32,000 nt of DNA from Bdellovibrionales bacterium (GCA_965247685.1 OZ252021.1:90001-122000); one strand, 5' to 3'; counted from the first letter of the stretch, positions 9,365-20,056 are shown. The notes: a model not told the origin generated them from the sequence alone. Program-made: numbers and translations.

Positions 9365-10276
9365 TTAAGAGACTCTCATTCTTTCCAGTCTTTTAATTCT
9401 TGCCTTAAGTGGTGGATGAGTGGAAAGTAAACGCATCATGAGACTTGTTTTTCTATGGGAAGAAATTTTAAAAGTGTTATATTGTGCTGTTCCTTTGAGA
9501 GATTGAGGTGGTTGAGTGATGGACTGCAAGCACTGGAGAGCTTGAATCATTTTGTTTTTTCCCGCTAACTTTGCTCCGCCTTTGTCTGCCCGATACTCCC
9601 GCGCCCGAGAGAAAACATTAACCACCAGAATGGAGCCAAGTAGATTCAACACAGTTTGAAAAAAAAGATACAAACTCAATTCAACAAAGAAACTTCGACG
9701 ATTCATTCGGGAGAGGACCATTTCTGTACAAATCCGCGCCAATAAAAGAACCATCGTATTGACCATACCCATAACAAGAGCCATAGTAACCATATCTCCG
9801 TTAGCAACATGAGCTATTTCATGTGCCAAAACACCTTCCAATTGTTCATCATTCATGGTGTTAAGAAGCCCTGAAGAAACAACCACTAGAGACTTCTTCT
9901 TGCTTGAACCTGTAGCAAAAGCGTTGACTTCAGCACTTTCATATATGCCCATTTGCGGAGTCTTTGGAAGACCCGCTTTTTTAGAAAGTGCAAAAACCAT
10001 TTGGTATAATTTTTTTTCTGTTTCATTAAGTTTAGAACGAGCTCCAAGAGATGTATCGATCAGATGGATCTTAAAAGCTCTTTTTACAAGAAATATTGAA
10101 AGATAAAGAGAAAGAAAAGATCCTCCCATTCCAATGAGAGAATAAAAGACTGCGTAAAAGACCAGGGGGTAATCATTGAAGGAAATCCCAAAATAAGAGA
10201 AAACAGCATACGCAATAGCTGCTGCGGTTGCCGTAATCAGCACGTTTAATATTATAAAAATGAAAAATCTTCCCAT
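9365..10276 (-). CDS. htpX: Membrane zinc metalloprotease HtpX (peptidase M48)
   Basis: 303 aa with multiple TM segments and the HEXXH motif in LAHEIAHVANGD. The C-terminal STHPPLKARI is typical of the HtpX family. Confidence 0.9.
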   Translation of the reverse strand: MGRFFIFIILNVLITATAAAIAYAVFSYFGISFNDYPLVFYAVFYSLIGMGGSFLSLYLSIFLVKRAFKIHLIDTSLGARSKLNETEKKLYQMVFALSKKAGLPKTPQMGIYESAEVNAFATGSSKKKSLVVVSSGLLNTMNDEQLEGVLAHEIAHVANGDMVTMALVMGMVNTMVLLLARICTEMVLSRMNRRSFFVELSLYLFFQTVLNLLGSILVVNVFSRAREYRADKGGAKLAGKNKMIQALQCLQSITQPPQSLKGTAQYNTFKISSHRKTSLMMRLLSTHPPLKARIKRLERMRVS

Positions 10277-10584
10277 TGTTCAATCTCCTAGCCCGATGCT
10301 TTAAAAAGTAGTTTAAGAATTAAACCTCATTATATCTATTTTTCTTTTTAAAATCAAAGATATGTTGTCATTTTTTTATACTGCTATAATTCAGAGTGCT
10401 TTTAGGCTCAAAATTTCGACGCAGAGTTAAAGAACGACTGCTATTTTTAGCTCGTGGCTTATTTTGTAAACCTTAAAAATTGTTTTGAAAAATATACACC
10501 TTTTATGTTAGTTTTTAAGAGAGTATCATCTTTTTACTTTTATATGTAAATAAGCGAGAAGAATCTCATTAAGAGTTTTTTGAT

Positions 10585-10614
10585 TTGTCAATGAGGTTAA
10601 AGTTAGTGTATAGT
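10585..10614 (+). promoter_or_regulatory. Candidate sigma70-type promoter for ftsH
   Basis: TTGTCA (10585-10590), an 18-nt spacer, then TATAGT (10609-10614), about 50 nt upstream of the ftsH ATG. This rests on motif matching only. Confidence 0.35.
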
Positions 10615-10663
10615 CAGCATTTGATACAAATTTGAATTATTTTGTTCAACTAATGGAAAGAAA

Positions 10664-12622
10664 ATGAAAAAACAATCTGTGAGAGTTTTAATATCTTGGG
10701 TGGCCTTTATCGCATTAGGACTCATTTTTCTGAGAGTCTATGAAATGCAGAAGTCATCTCCAGTGCGAGACTTTAGTTACCCAAAATTTTTGCAAGCCTT
10801 GTCCGATAAGCATGTACAAGTGGATAGTGTTGTCTTTAACCAAGTTCATAATAAAATTAGTGGAAAACTAACTTCTAAGGGTCAAACCACATATGATGGA
10901 GAAACCTTTGAAATTGCTGGAAACGTGGGAGATAAAGGGCTCGCTATTTTAAGAGATGAATACGGAATCACTCCCGCCTACTCCAATAAAGATCGATTCT
11001 TCTGGTCTTCTATGTTTCTCAACTGGCTGCCATTAATTATTTTTGCTGCTCTGTTTATTTTCTTCATTCGCCAACTGCAAGTCGGCGGTGGCAAAGCTTT
11101 GTCTTTTGGAAAGAGCCGAGCTCGGCTTCAAATGGAAAAAGGCAAGGTGACTTTCGATCATGTTGCAGGTGTGGAAGAAGCTAAAACAGAACTTATGGAA
11201 ATTGTAGAATTCTTAAGAAATCCTAAAAAATTTACCCGCTTAGGAGGAAGAATCCCAAAAGGTGTTTTGTTAGTAGGTGCTCCTGGCACTGGAAAAACCC
11301 TCCTAGCTCGAGCTGTAGCAGGAGAAGCTAGTGTTCCTTTCTTTACTATTTCTGGATCAGATTTTGTGGAAATGTTTGTTGGTGTAGGTGCATCCAGAGT
11401 CCGAGATTTATTCGAACAAGGTAAGAAGCAAGCTCCATGTGTTATTTTTATTGATGAAATTGATGCTGTTGGTCGACACCGAGGAGCAGGTTTAGGCGGC
11501 GGGCACGATGAAAGAGAACAAACCCTTAATCAACTTTTAGTAGAAATGGACGGTTTTGAATCTAAAGAAGGAATTATTTTGGTCGCTGCAACCAATCGAC
11601 CGGATGTTTTAGATCCTGCTTTACTCCGACCTGGACGATTTGATCGCCGAGTAATAGTTTCTCTTCCAGATCTGAAAGGCAGAGAAAAGATTTTAGAAGT
11701 ACATACAAAAAAAACTCCTCTTGCAGAAGATGTGAAACTTTCAGTGCTCGCTCGCGGGACTCCTGGATTTTCTGGTGCAGACTTAGAAAATGTCGTTAAT
11801 GAAGCATGTTTAGTGGCAGCCCGGAAGAATAAGAAAAAAGTTTATATGGAGCATTTTGAATTTGCCAAAGATAAAGTGATGATGGGCTCTGAAAGACGCT
11901 CTTTGGTTCTCTCCGATGAGGATAAAAAAATTATTGCTTATCACGAAGCAGGACACACCATTGTTGGAAAAACTTTAAAAGGCTTAGATCCTATTCATAA
12001 GGTAACCATTATTCCAAGAGGAATGGCTTTAGGCATTACTCAAACTCTTCCAGAAAAAGAAGAAGTTAATCTGGCTCGCAGTAAAGCGACAAACACATTA
12101 GCTTTCTTACTTGGAGGCCGTTCTGCCGAGCAATTAATCTTTAAGGACTTTACAACAGGTGCAAGCAACGACATTGAACGCGCTACAGATCTGGCTCGTC
12201 GTATGGTTTGTGAATGGGGTATGAGTGAAAAAATTGGAGTGATCTCTTTGGAAAGAAAAAGTAATCCTGTTTTTGTAGGTATGCAGTCAGGCCAACCTAC
12301 GACAGAATACTCTGATTCTAAAGCTGAAGAAATTGATGCAGAAGTCGATCGCTTACTCACAGAAGCTCATCAAAAAGCCCTAGATATACTCAAAGAAAAA
12401 GAAGAAATCCTTCATAATATATCGAAAGCTCTTTTAAAATACGAAACAATTGACGGAAAAGAAGTAGATTTATTAATGACTGGAATAAAATGGAACGATT
12501 ACAAACAAAAAAAAGAAGAACTGAAGTCTTTGAAACCATCTCAAGATAAAAAAGACTCTTCTGAAGTCACTTCAGATGAAAATAAGAAAGTAGATTCTAT
12601 TCCTAAGCCCGTAATGGTTTAA
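10664..12622 (+). CDS. ftsH: ATP-dependent zinc metalloprotease FtsH
   Basis: 652 aa with two N-terminal TM segments and an AAA+ module: Walker A GAPGTGKT, Walker B IIFIDEID, and [22 protein letters not shown]. The zinc motif is HEAGH. Confidence 0.96.
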   Translation: MKKQSVRVLISWVAFIALGLIFLRVYEMQKSSPVRDFSYPKFLQALSDKHVQVDSVVFNQVHNKISGKLTSKGQTTYDGETFEIAGNVGDKGLAILRDEYGITPAYSNKDRFFWSSMFLNWLPLIIFAALFIFFIRQLQVGGGKALSFGKSRARLQMEKGKVTFDHVAGVEEAKTELMEIVEFLRNPKKFTRLGGRIPKGVLLVGAPGTGKTLLARAVAGEASVPFFTISGSDFVEMFVGVGASRVRDLFEQGKKQAPCVIFIDEIDAVGRHRGAGLGGGHDEREQTLNQLLVEMDGFESKEGIILVAATNRPDVLDPALLRPGRFDRRVIVSLPDLKGREKILEVHTKKTPLAEDVKLSVLARGTPGFSGADLENVVNEACLVAARKNKKKVYMEHFEFAKDKVMMGSERRSLVLSDEDKKIIAYHEAGHTIVGKTLKGLDPIHKVTIIPRGMALGITQTLPEKEEVNLARSKATNTLAFLLGGRSAEQLIFKDFTTGASNDIERATDLARRMVCEWGMSEKIGVISLERKSNPVFVGMQSGQPTTEYSDSKAEEIDAEVDRLLTEAHQKALDILKEKEEILHNISKALLKYETIDGKEVDLLMTGIKWNDYKQKKEELKSLKPSQDKKDSSEVTSDENKKVDSIPKPVMV

Positions 12623-12654
12623 AAAAAAGGTCATGAATTTGCTACTCAGCAAGC

Positions 12655-13524
12655 ATGGCCGTCACCTTGAACCTTTTACTCTTCATCTCTCCTTTTAATC
12701 TGGAAATCTTCAATCCTATTATTCAAACGCTCCACGAGTGGTGTCTTTATCGTGTTAATGAGCACACCATGGATCACACAGATATTTACTCTGCCCTCTT
12801 ATGTGGAAAAAGACTGGAAGAAAGATCTATTCGAACTATTTTTACTCAAGTAGGATTGATTCACTTTATGGTCGTCTCAGGAGCTCATTTAATATTTTTA
12901 GAAAGACTATGGAATAAATTTCCTTCATGGCCTTTCAAAAATATTTTGATATTCTTTAGTTTATTAATTTATTCTCTCATGTCGGGACTCAACCCTCCAG
13001 TTCTAAGAGCCTTAATATCTTTTCTCATTCATCGGCTATCTCAAAAAATAAAACTCTCTTGGAACCCTTATTGGAGAGTGATGGTAAGCGGAGTGATCAC
13101 TCTTATACTTAAGCCTCACTGGATCGCTTCTACCAGTTTACAACTCAGCTGGATAGGGAGTCTTGGTTTTGTCACTGCGAGATACTCTACCCTCGTCTCA
13201 TCCTTCCTATGTTACTTTTTTATTTTACCTATTATCAGCCAATGGACAGTGCTTCACCCTTTAAGTATTGGAATGAATTTTATTTTCTTCCCCTTGCTAT
13301 CTATCACTTTATTTCCTTTATCTATTTTTAGTTTTATATTTCCTGTGTTTTTCCCTATAACTTCTTTCTTTTGGTCTTTATGGATTCAATTTTTAAATTC
13401 TCTTCAACCCCTCTTTAAAGCCACATTTTATATCCCCTCTTTATCTGGTTTTAATGTGTGGATTTACATATGTATTATATTTTTTATTCTTCAGGTGTTA
13501 TGGATTTTTACTCGAAGAAGCTAA
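12655..13524 (+). CDS. comEC: ComEC/Rec2-like DNA uptake channel, membrane (competence) domain only
   Basis: 289 aa and polytopic. It contains the ComEC competence-domain block FTQVGLIHFMVVSGAHLIFL. It ends in a different frame from, and overlaps, the next ORF. Confidence 0.7.
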   Translation: MAVTLNLLLFISPFNLEIFNPIIQTLHEWCLYRVNEHTMDHTDIYSALLCGKRLEERSIRTIFTQVGLIHFMVVSGAHLIFLERLWNKFPSWPFKNILIFFSLLIYSLMSGLNPPVLRALISFLIHRLSQKIKLSWNPYWRVMVSGVITLILKPHWIASTSLQLSWIGSLGFVTARYSTLVSSFLCYFFILPIISQWTVLHPLSIGMNFIFFPLLSITLFPLSIFSFIFPVFFPITSFFWSLWIQFLNSLQPLFKATFYIPSLSGFNVWIYICIIFFILQVLWIFTRRS

Positions 13525-14294
13525 AACACTCTATTTGGATAGCAATAATTTTTATTCTTATTGTTTTATCTTTTTTCTCTCCTGAAATAAAACTACAAGG
13601 AGAACATCTCATCGTGTGGAATGTGGGGCAAGGACAAATGGTCACCTACAGCACTCCTCAAGAATGCATACACTTTGACATGGGAGGAGAGAGATTTCCT
13701 AAAAATAAAATCTTTAAAATATGCCACAAAAAACAAAATATTGTGTATTATACTCATTGGGATTTGGATCATATTAATTTTTCTCTTCTTGCTCAAAAAA
13801 TATTTCCATCACTCTGTCGAGCCTTAACTTCTTTAGATACTCCTCAAAAAAAATATAAAAAAAGATGGTTTCAAAAAATACCCCCTTGTCATCAAGATCT
13901 TCCACCCTACATCAAAGAATTAAAAAATATTTACCATCATTCTCAAACATCTAATGAAAAAAGCCGTATCTTTATCATTAAGGATAAAATCCTCATCCCT
14001 GGAGACTCAAATAAGAAAATGGAAAAATATTGGAGTCCTCTAATTCCAAGTTCTATTCAAATACTGATTGCAGGACACCATGGAAGCAAAACATCTTCAT
14101 CTCATCTTTTACTCTCAAAACTTCCTCAACTTCAAATCGGCATTTCCAGTTCAAGAAAAAAAAGATACGGCCATCCTCATTCAAAAACTGTAAGAAGATT
14201 TCATCAAAGAGGAATCTTGTTTATTAGTACCGAAGACTTTCATCATATTCGAATTCCACTCAATCGAAAAAGACTGAAAATTTATTCTTTGTAA
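13458..14294 (+). CDS. comEC: ComEC/Rec2-like C-terminal metallo-beta-lactamase-fold domain (separate ORF)
   Basis: One TM helix is followed by MBL-fold ComEC blocks: VWNVGQGQM..IHFDMGG, YTHWDLDHI, AGHHGSKTSSS and RYGHPH. A more likely start is the ATG at 13500 (MDFYSKK..), which overlaps the previous ORF by 25 nt. Confidence 0.7.
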   Translation: MDLHMYYIFYSSGVMDFYSKKLKHSIWIAIIFILIVLSFFSPEIKLQGEHLIVWNVGQGQMVTYSTPQECIHFDMGGERFPKNKIFKICHKKQNIVYYTHWDLDHINFSLLAQKIFPSLCRALTSLDTPQKKYKKRWFQKIPPCHQDLPPYIKELKNIYHHSQTSNEKSRIFIIKDKILIPGDSNKKMEKYWSPLIPSSIQILIAGHHGSKTSSSHLLLSKLPQLQIGISSSRKKRYGHPHSKTVRRFHQRGILFISTEDFHHIRIPLNRKRLKIYSL

Positions 14295-15250
14295 TTGATC
14301 TTAATATATTGCTGCCCACTTTCTGTCAGCACTCTTCCCTTTGGAGTTCTTTGAATTAGACCTTGTTGCACTAAAAAAGGTTCATACACATCTTCTAAAG
14401 TAGAAGCATCTTCATTGAGCAACGAAGCTAGAGCGTCAATTCCAATAGGACCTCCATTAAATTCTTTCTGAATTAATTTTAAAATACACCCATCCATATA
14501 AGTCAAACCTCTATCATCTACTCCTAAATAACTTAAACCCTCACGAGCAATTTGAGCATCCAGCTGCTTGTAATTCTTCACTTGCATATAATCACGCACT
14601 CTTTTGAGTAATCGGTTGGCCACTCGAGGTGTTCCTCGAGATCTCAAGGCAACAACTTCTGCTCCTTCCTCACTCATTTTTAAATTTAAAAATTGAGAGG
14701 AACGTTGAATAATATTTTTTAAAGAAGCCTCATCATAATAAATTAAACGTTCAACAATACCAAAACGATCTCGAAAAGGAGCTTTGAGTAAACCCACTTT
14801 TGTTGTTGCTCCGATCAATGTAAACGGCGGCAGTTTAAATCGAACACTGCGAGCTCCAAGACCTTCACCCGTCATTACATCAATGTAAAAATCCTCCATC
14901 GCACTATAAAGATACTCTTCCACATCTTTGACCAAACGATGAATCTCATCAATGAACAATACCGTTCCTTTTTTAATAGTGGTCAACAGTGCAGCTAAAT
15001 CTCCTTTACGACGAATCGCAGGACCTGTAGTAGATCGAAACTCCACTTCTAAATGTTGAGCTATAATTTTTGCTAAGGTTGTTTTACCTAAGCCCGGCGG
15101 TCCTGAAAATAAACAATGGTCTAAGGTGTCTCCTCTTTTTTTACAGGCTGATAAAAAAATTCTAAGCCTTTCTTTAACTTGGTCCTGGCCCGGAAAATCT
15201 TCAAAACGAAGAGGACGAAATGAAAGTTGCTGTTTATTTTTTAGATCCAT
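14282..15250 (-). CDS. ruvB: Holliday junction branch migration helicase RuvB
   Basis: 322 aa with LRPLRFEDFPGQ, Walker A GPPGLGKTT, Walker B LFIDEIHR and the sensor RGTPRVANRLL. Its 3' end overlaps the convergent comEC-MBL ORF by 13 nt. Confidence 0.96.
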   Translation of the reverse strand: MDLKNKQQLSFRPLRFEDFPGQDQVKERLRIFLSACKKRGDTLDHCLFSGPPGLGKTTLAKIIAQHLEVEFRSTTGPAIRRKGDLAALLTTIKKGTVLFIDEIHRLVKDVEEYLYSAMEDFYIDVMTGEGLGARSVRFKLPPFTLIGATTKVGLLKAPFRDRFGIVERLIYYDEASLKNIIQRSSQFLNLKMSEEGAEVVALRSRGTPRVANRLLKRVRDYMQVKNYKQLDAQIAREGLSYLGVDDRGLTYMDGCILKLIQKEFNGGPIGIDALASLLNEDASTLEDVYEPFLVQQGLIQRTPKGRVLTESGQQYIKINYKE

Positions 15251-15263
15251 AGTTTTTTATTCC

Positions 15264-15842
15264 TTATAAATTTTGCAATATCGAAAGCGCGTGTCTAATT
15301 CCCTCTTTCACGCCCTGCTTACCATCTATTTTATCTATTACAACTTTTATCTCACTCGCACGAAACCCTAATCGCAAAAGCGCAGAATTGATTTCATTTT
15401 TTACATCCTGTGCAGCTGAGTCTACAACTGACTTTTGAGACTCTGGCCATTTTCCTTTCAAAGATAAAATAATCTGTTGAGCTGTCTTTTTACCAACCTT
15501 TGGAAGCTTCATCAAAAAATTAACATCTCCAGACTCTACTTTTTCCTTTAATGATTCATAAGAAACCGCAGATAAAATACCTAGTGCCGATTTAGGACCA
15601 ACTCCGCTAATACCAATCAAAGAAAGAAAGACTGACTTTTCTTCTTCTTCTTTAAAACCATAAAGAGAAAAAACATCTTCTCGCACATGAGTGTAAATCC
15701 ACAGTTCCACCTCTTGTCCTTGAGTGATAGGGTGATCTTTGCTCAAAGGTGTAAAAACTTCATAACCTACATCTTGAACATTAATGACTAAACGACCACT
15801 CATGTCGACAGCCATTGCATAACCCTTGATGTAAGCCAACAT
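15264..15842 (-). CDS. ruvA: Holliday junction DNA-binding protein RuvA
   Basis: 192 aa with an OB-fold N-terminus, the helix-hairpin-helix blocks GISGVGPKSALGIL and LPKVGKKTAQ, and a C-terminal domain III. Confidence 0.9.
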   Translation of the reverse strand: MLAYIKGYAMAVDMSGRLVINVQDVGYEVFTPLSKDHPITQGQEVELWIYTHVREDVFSLYGFKEEEEKSVFLSLIGISGVGPKSALGILSAVSYESLKEKVESGDVNFLMKLPKVGKKTAQQIILSLKGKWPESQKSVVDSAAQDVKNEINSALLRLGFRASEIKVVIDKIDGKQGVKEGIRHALSILQNL

Positions 15843-16378
15843 TAAGATTCACCTACTGCACGAAGTTGTTTTTGCATCTCTTGATTTTGAAAAGTATAAG
15901 CATGACATATAGCTACGGCCAAAGCATCTGACTGATCTAGATAATTCATAGGCTCACTTAAATTAAGAATATTTTGAACAATGTAGGCGATACTTTCTTT
16001 GCTTGCAGAGCCTAAACCTGTGACTGATTTCTTAATGTAACGAACATCATACTCAAAAACCTGACAAGACCAGCGATAGGCTTCACTGCACCCTATACCA
16101 AAAGCCTGCCCAATTTTAAACGCACTGTTTGGATTTTTTCCAAGAAACATTTTTTCTAAAGCTACATGCTGCACAGGATATTTTTCAAAGACACTCGTCA
16201 ACTGTTGATTTATCTCATGCAATCTATCCCCTACTACTTTCTTATGAGATTCTAAAACTCCACTATGAATATGTTTTAAACCTGCAGAATTAATAGACAA
16301 CACTCCATATCCCATTCTAAAAGTACCAGGGTCTAAACCCATGATACTCAAACCTTCGTCATTCCATTCTTTTTTCAT
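15842..16378 (-). CDS. ruvC: Crossover junction endodeoxyribonuclease RuvC
   Basis: 178 aa with the RNase H-like start GLDPGTFRMGYGVL and DQSDALAVAICHA near the C-terminus. An alternative start is the in-frame ATG at 16342 (MGLDPG). The stop overlaps the ruvA start, giving a ruvCAB operon. Confidence 0.9.
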   Translation of the reverse strand: MKKEWNDEGLSIMGLDPGTFRMGYGVLSINSAGLKHIHSGVLESHKKVVGDRLHEINQQLTSVFEKYPVQHVALEKMFLGKNPNSAFKIGQAFGIGCSEAYRWSCQVFEYDVRYIKKSVTGLGSASKESIAYIVQNILNLSEPMNYLDQSDALAVAICHAYTFQNQEMQKQLRAVGES

Positions 16379-16552
16379 AAACTAAACCTTACTGCTTATT
16401 ATCACTAATTATTTTCCTAGAATCCACGCCTTATACATATACTGCCCTATGGGCTTGACATTCACTCCTTTAAAAGACTCACACTTTTCTTTGACTTTAA
16501 AATGAAAATTTTGGTAAGAATCTATCATCTATGAAATTTAATAGGACTTTTA

Positions 16553-17257
16553 ATGAATAGGCACTCTTCAAATCACTCAAAATTATCTAAACCAGAGATT
16601 AAGTTTATTAATCAAAGTTTAAAAGCCCTTTACAAAAACCCCAAATCTTTAGTTTTTGCTCCTTTGGCCGACTTTTTTCGTCGCAACAAATTTTATAAAA
16701 AAGCACTTTTTATTTGCCTCAAAGGTGTGCATCAAAACCCTTCTTATGCAAAGGGTTATACCGTGTTAGGCTCCATTTACTTTGACCAAACTCAATATGA
16801 AAAAGCAATTCAAACCTTTGAACAAGCACTAGAATTAGAACCAAAAAATATGCTTGCTCTTCGCTCCCTAAGTCAGCTCTATATTCTCACGCGAAATGTT
16901 CCAAAACTTAAAGAAATATATGAAGTTCTCATACTCTATAACCCTCATGATCCGCATATTCAAAAAATAACACAAACACTCCATTCTGCACATTTGAAAG
17001 ATTATGATTACTTTACAGAAAAGACTATTTCAGAAATTTGCCAAGATTTATCTCAAGTCGAATTAGAAAAAAGACCTGTGCTTAAACCTTTTCACACTTC
17101 TCCGTGGAAACAACCTACACCCACCGTTGAGAGTATTCAGAAACTGATAAACCACTTTCCAAAACCAAACAACAAACATATCCCTATAACTGCTAAAGAA
17201 AAAAAAGAAAAACAGATTCACGCTTTGAAAAATTTACTCCATCAACTCAACTCTTAA
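16553..17257 (+). CDS. TPR-repeat protein, function unknown
   Basis: 234 aa. TPR-like helical pairs include YAKGYTVLGSIYFDQTQYEKAIQTFEQALELEPKNMLALRSLSQLY. Confidence 0.65.
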   Translation: MNRHSSNHSKLSKPEIKFINQSLKALYKNPKSLVFAPLADFFRRNKFYKKALFICLKGVHQNPSYAKGYTVLGSIYFDQTQYEKAIQTFEQALELEPKNMLALRSLSQLYILTRNVPKLKEIYEVLILYNPHDPHIQKITQTLHSAHLKDYDYFTEKTISEICQDLSQVELEKRPVLKPFHTSPWKQPTPTVESIQKLINHFPKPNNKHIPITAKEKKEKQIHALKNLLHQLNS

Positions 17258-17272
17258 TGAGGATAACTTTTT

Positions 17273-17845
17273 ATGTATGGGACTAGTGACTTTAAAAAAG
17301 GTTTAAAAGTATTAGTTAAAGATCAACCTTATGTGATTATAGATTTTCAACATGTTAAGCCAGGTAAAGGGAATCAATTTACTCGAACAAAAATGAAAAA
17401 TCTCATCACGGGCTCTAATTTAAATCTCACTGTTCGATCCGGTGAGAAGTTTAAAATTCCAAATATTACATATAAAGAAATGGTGTTTTTATACCAAGAA
17501 GCTGATCAGTTTTATTTTATGGACAACTCAAATTACGAACAAATTTCTGTACATAAAGATTTGATGGAGAACACTCATTTCTTAAAAAGTGATTTACCAG
17601 TCACAGTTTGCCTCTACAATGACAATGCTATTAGTATTGAGCTCCCTAAATCCATCATAATGAAAATTAAAAAAACAGATCCAGGATTCAAGGGCAATAC
17701 AGTCACCAACACCTTTAAACCTGCAGAACTGGAAACAGGATTTTCGCTGCAAGTCCCTCTTCACATCAACGAAGGAGATGAAATTCGAGTGAGCACTGAA
17801 GACGGAACTTATATCGAAAGAGTGCAGCTGGCGAGCTCGAAATAA
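17273..17845 (+). CDS. efp: Elongation factor P
   Basis: 190 aa. The loop VKPGKGNQFTRTKMKNL carries the conserved Lys, in a three-domain EF-P layout. GAGGA lies upstream of the ATG. Confidence 0.95.
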   Translation: MYGTSDFKKGLKVLVKDQPYVIIDFQHVKPGKGNQFTRTKMKNLITGSNLNLTVRSGEKFKIPNITYKEMVFLYQEADQFYFMDNSNYEQISVHKDLMENTHFLKSDLPVTVCLYNDNAISIELPKSIIMKIKKTDPGFKGNTVTNTFKPAELETGFSLQVPLHINEGDEIRVSTEDGTYIERVQLASSK

Positions 17846-17900
17846 AACGGAGAGATTTATTCAAATGATTCAAATTGACAAAATTCTTTTTTCAAAAGAC

Positions 17901-17971
17901 GGTGGCGTGGCCGAGAGGTTAGGCAGTGGACTGCAAATCCATTTACATCGGTTCAAATCCGGTCGCCACCT
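17901..17971 (+). tRNA. tRNA-Cys (GCA)
   Basis: It folds by hand into a cloverleaf. The acceptor is GGTGGCG/CGCCACC, the anticodon stem is GTGGA/TCCAT with loop CTGCAAA (anticodon GCA), and the T arm is ATCGG-TTCAAAT-CCGGT. The discriminator is T and no CCA is encoded. Confidence 0.88.
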
Positions 17972-17988
17972 CATTTTAAATAAACTTT

Positions 17989-19404
17989 TTAGTAGGATTG
18001 AATTTGCTGAAAAGACTTCAATGTAAATAACAAGGAAAACTCAACATCTTTTAATGTGATATCTTTATGCCCTTCTAGGTCTGCAATCGTTCGAGCAACT
18101 CTTAAAATAGCCGTCTTTCGGCGATAAGAACTTATATACTCTGGTAAAATATTTTTAATAATAAAAGGATCTACTTTTTTTTCAAAATCAGACCAATTTA
18201 AAAGACTGTTAGGAATCTCTTGCCCTCGCTCCTGACGCATGGAAAAAGATTGACTCACCTCCTTCATTATTTCTTCTAAAGAAATAGCGAGAGGTCCTTT
18301 CCAAAAAGAAGATACAGATAAAATATCAAACCGATCGAGCATTGGACCACTTAGTTTCTCCAATCGAGAACGGCATCTTCTTAGTGAGTAAGAACAAGGA
18401 ATGGATTTATCGGGAACATAATACCCACAAGGGCATAAGTTGGTGGCAGCAACAAGAATAAACTGAGCAGGGAAAAACACCCCCTCCCCTCTTCTTGAAA
18501 TACAAATCTCTCTTCTTTCAATAGGCTCACGTAAAGCTTCTTGTACTGCACTTTTAAATTCTAGGTACTCATCTAAAAAAAGTATTCCTCCGTGAGCTTT
18601 AGATACTTCTCCCATAAATGGAGGAAAACCTCCTCCGATCATAGATAGTAAAGGTGTACTATGGTGAGGATACACAAAAGGTCTCCAAGAAGTATCTTTG
18701 CTAAACAAACGAGATATTTTTTTAATCTCTTTAAATAAAGAAAGTGATGGTGGATTCAAAATACATTCCAAACAGCGAGCCAAAGTCGTTTTACCAGAAC
18801 CAGGCTCCCCAGCTAACAATATAGAGTGTTCACCACTTGACACAATTTTTAAAAGCCATGCTGAGTTTTCAGAAAACAAAAGAGAAGGAAGACATGGTCT
18901 TTTGAGGTAAGAAGATAGAGATTGAGCTTTGATTAACTTTGGAGATAAAAGATCACTGAGCGTTTCTACACTATAAACATTATGAAAATTTTCCTGATTT
19001 GTAAGACGGCCGGTAATGAGATGAGATTGATCGATTTGCATCCAATCCATTGGAGCTTCCACATTTCCACTGAGTGCTACTTCACCATAAACAAAGCAGT
19101 CTTCCTTGAACTGCGGAAATTGAACTTGATTAGTTTTATAAAGAAGTGCAACGGCAATAGCTAAGTCTAAACCTTGACTTGTTTTTTTGATATAAGCAGG
19201 ACGCACATTAATATTGACTTGTTTTTTATTAGGCCATTTGAAATTTTGTAATGAGAAAGCTGTTTTCAAACGAGAAACACTTTCTTTAATAGAAGTGTCT
19301 ACAGAGCCCGTAAACTCCACCTTAGGAAGTCCGGGAGTCAAAGAAAGCTCTACCTCACAAGGAATCAGCCGATGACCATCTTGTACATAAGATCGAATAC
19401 GCAT
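17989..19404 (-). CDS. comM: YifB/ComM family Mg-chelatase-like AAA+ ATPase
   Basis: 471 aa with a Lon-protease-like N-terminal domain (GLPKVEFTGSVDTSIKES), Walker A LLAGEPGSGKTT, Walker B GILFLDEYLEF, and LSGPMLDRFD. Confidence 0.88.
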   Translation of the reverse strand: MRIRSYVQDGHRLIPCEVELSLTPGLPKVEFTGSVDTSIKESVSRLKTAFSLQNFKWPNKKQVNINVRPAYIKKTSQGLDLAIAVALLYKTNQVQFPQFKEDCFVYGEVALSGNVEAPMDWMQIDQSHLITGRLTNQENFHNVYSVETLSDLLSPKLIKAQSLSSYLKRPCLPSLLFSENSAWLLKIVSSGEHSILLAGEPGSGKTTLARCLECILNPPSLSLFKEIKKISRLFSKDTSWRPFVYPHHSTPLLSMIGGGFPPFMGEVSKAHGGILFLDEYLEFKSAVQEALREPIERREICISRRGEGVFFPAQFILVAATNLCPCGYYVPDKSIPCSYSLRRCRSRLEKLSGPMLDRFDILSVSSFWKGPLAISLEEIMKEVSQSFSMRQERGQEIPNSLLNWSDFEKKVDPFIIKNILPEYISSYRRKTAILRVARTIADLEGHKDITLKDVEFSLLFTLKSFQQIQSY

Positions 19405-19549
19405 AACATGGATCTATTATGCAAATCCGTGTCCTCATTTATTAAAATTTTGTGTTTTAAATAAGACCTTAAGTGAAAATTAGGGATAAATAATGTCCGA
19501 GTTTTGCCATAGTGTCCAAATTCGGTCACATTTCATTCAGATGTGGTTT

Positions 19550-20056
19550 TTATTGAGAGCTTTTCCAACGCACTTCAATATCACCAAAATCCTCTTTTGT
19601 ATCTTCATCTTTTAAAGACCAGTCTTCTTCGTCGATGACTGTATCTAAATCTCTTTTTGCTATTTCTTTTTCAAACAAAGTTTCTTGCACTAAAGAAAGT
19701 AAATGATCTTGTCCTTTTTCAATTTCTTCTTCTTCTTCCTCTGCGACTACAGAAGCAGGTATTCTTTTATCTGGATTGACAATACTTTTGGAATCTTCTT
19801 TTTGTATTTTTACAAGCTTAGGCTCCACTCTTTCTTTTGCAGAAACTGTTTCTGCTTTTCTAATTTTATCCAAATCGACCATTTTAGGAACTTGATCAAA
19901 AATTTCAGAAACTGGGGCAGTCTTTTGAGAAGAGGTGTTGTTTTTTTGTTGTTGAACTCTTTGATCTTCTTTTTTTACTGAGTTATTTCTTTCACCAAAA
20001 GAGTAAAAAGAGGAGCATAATGCCGCAACAAAGAATATCTTGAATAAAACTCTCAT
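19550..20056 (-). CDS. Hypothetical secreted acidic protein
   Basis: The track ORF runs 19550-20143, but the internal ATG at 20054-20056 begins a signal-peptide-like MRVLFKIFFVAALCSSFYSF. The rest is low-complexity and Glu/Asp/Lys-rich (AEEEEEEIEKG). I recognise no family. Confidence 0.5.
   Translation of the reverse strand: MRVLFKIFFVAALCSSFYSFGERNNSVKKEDQRVQQQKNNTSSQKTAPVSEIFDQVPKMVDLDKIRKAETVSAKERVEPKLVKIQKEDSKSIVNPDKRIPASVVAEEEEEEIEKGQDHLLSLVQETLFEKEIAKRDLDTVIDEEDWSLKDEDTKEDFGDIEVRWKSSQ

Noticed and set aside
10365-10390. TTGTCA ... TGCTATAAT promoter-like pair in the htpX-ftsH intergenic region
   Set aside because: The -35/-10 spacer is only 14 nt. The extended -10 (TGnTATAAT) could work alone, but it would give a ~270-nt leader with no supporting evidence. 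The 10585-10614 pair is the better candidate.
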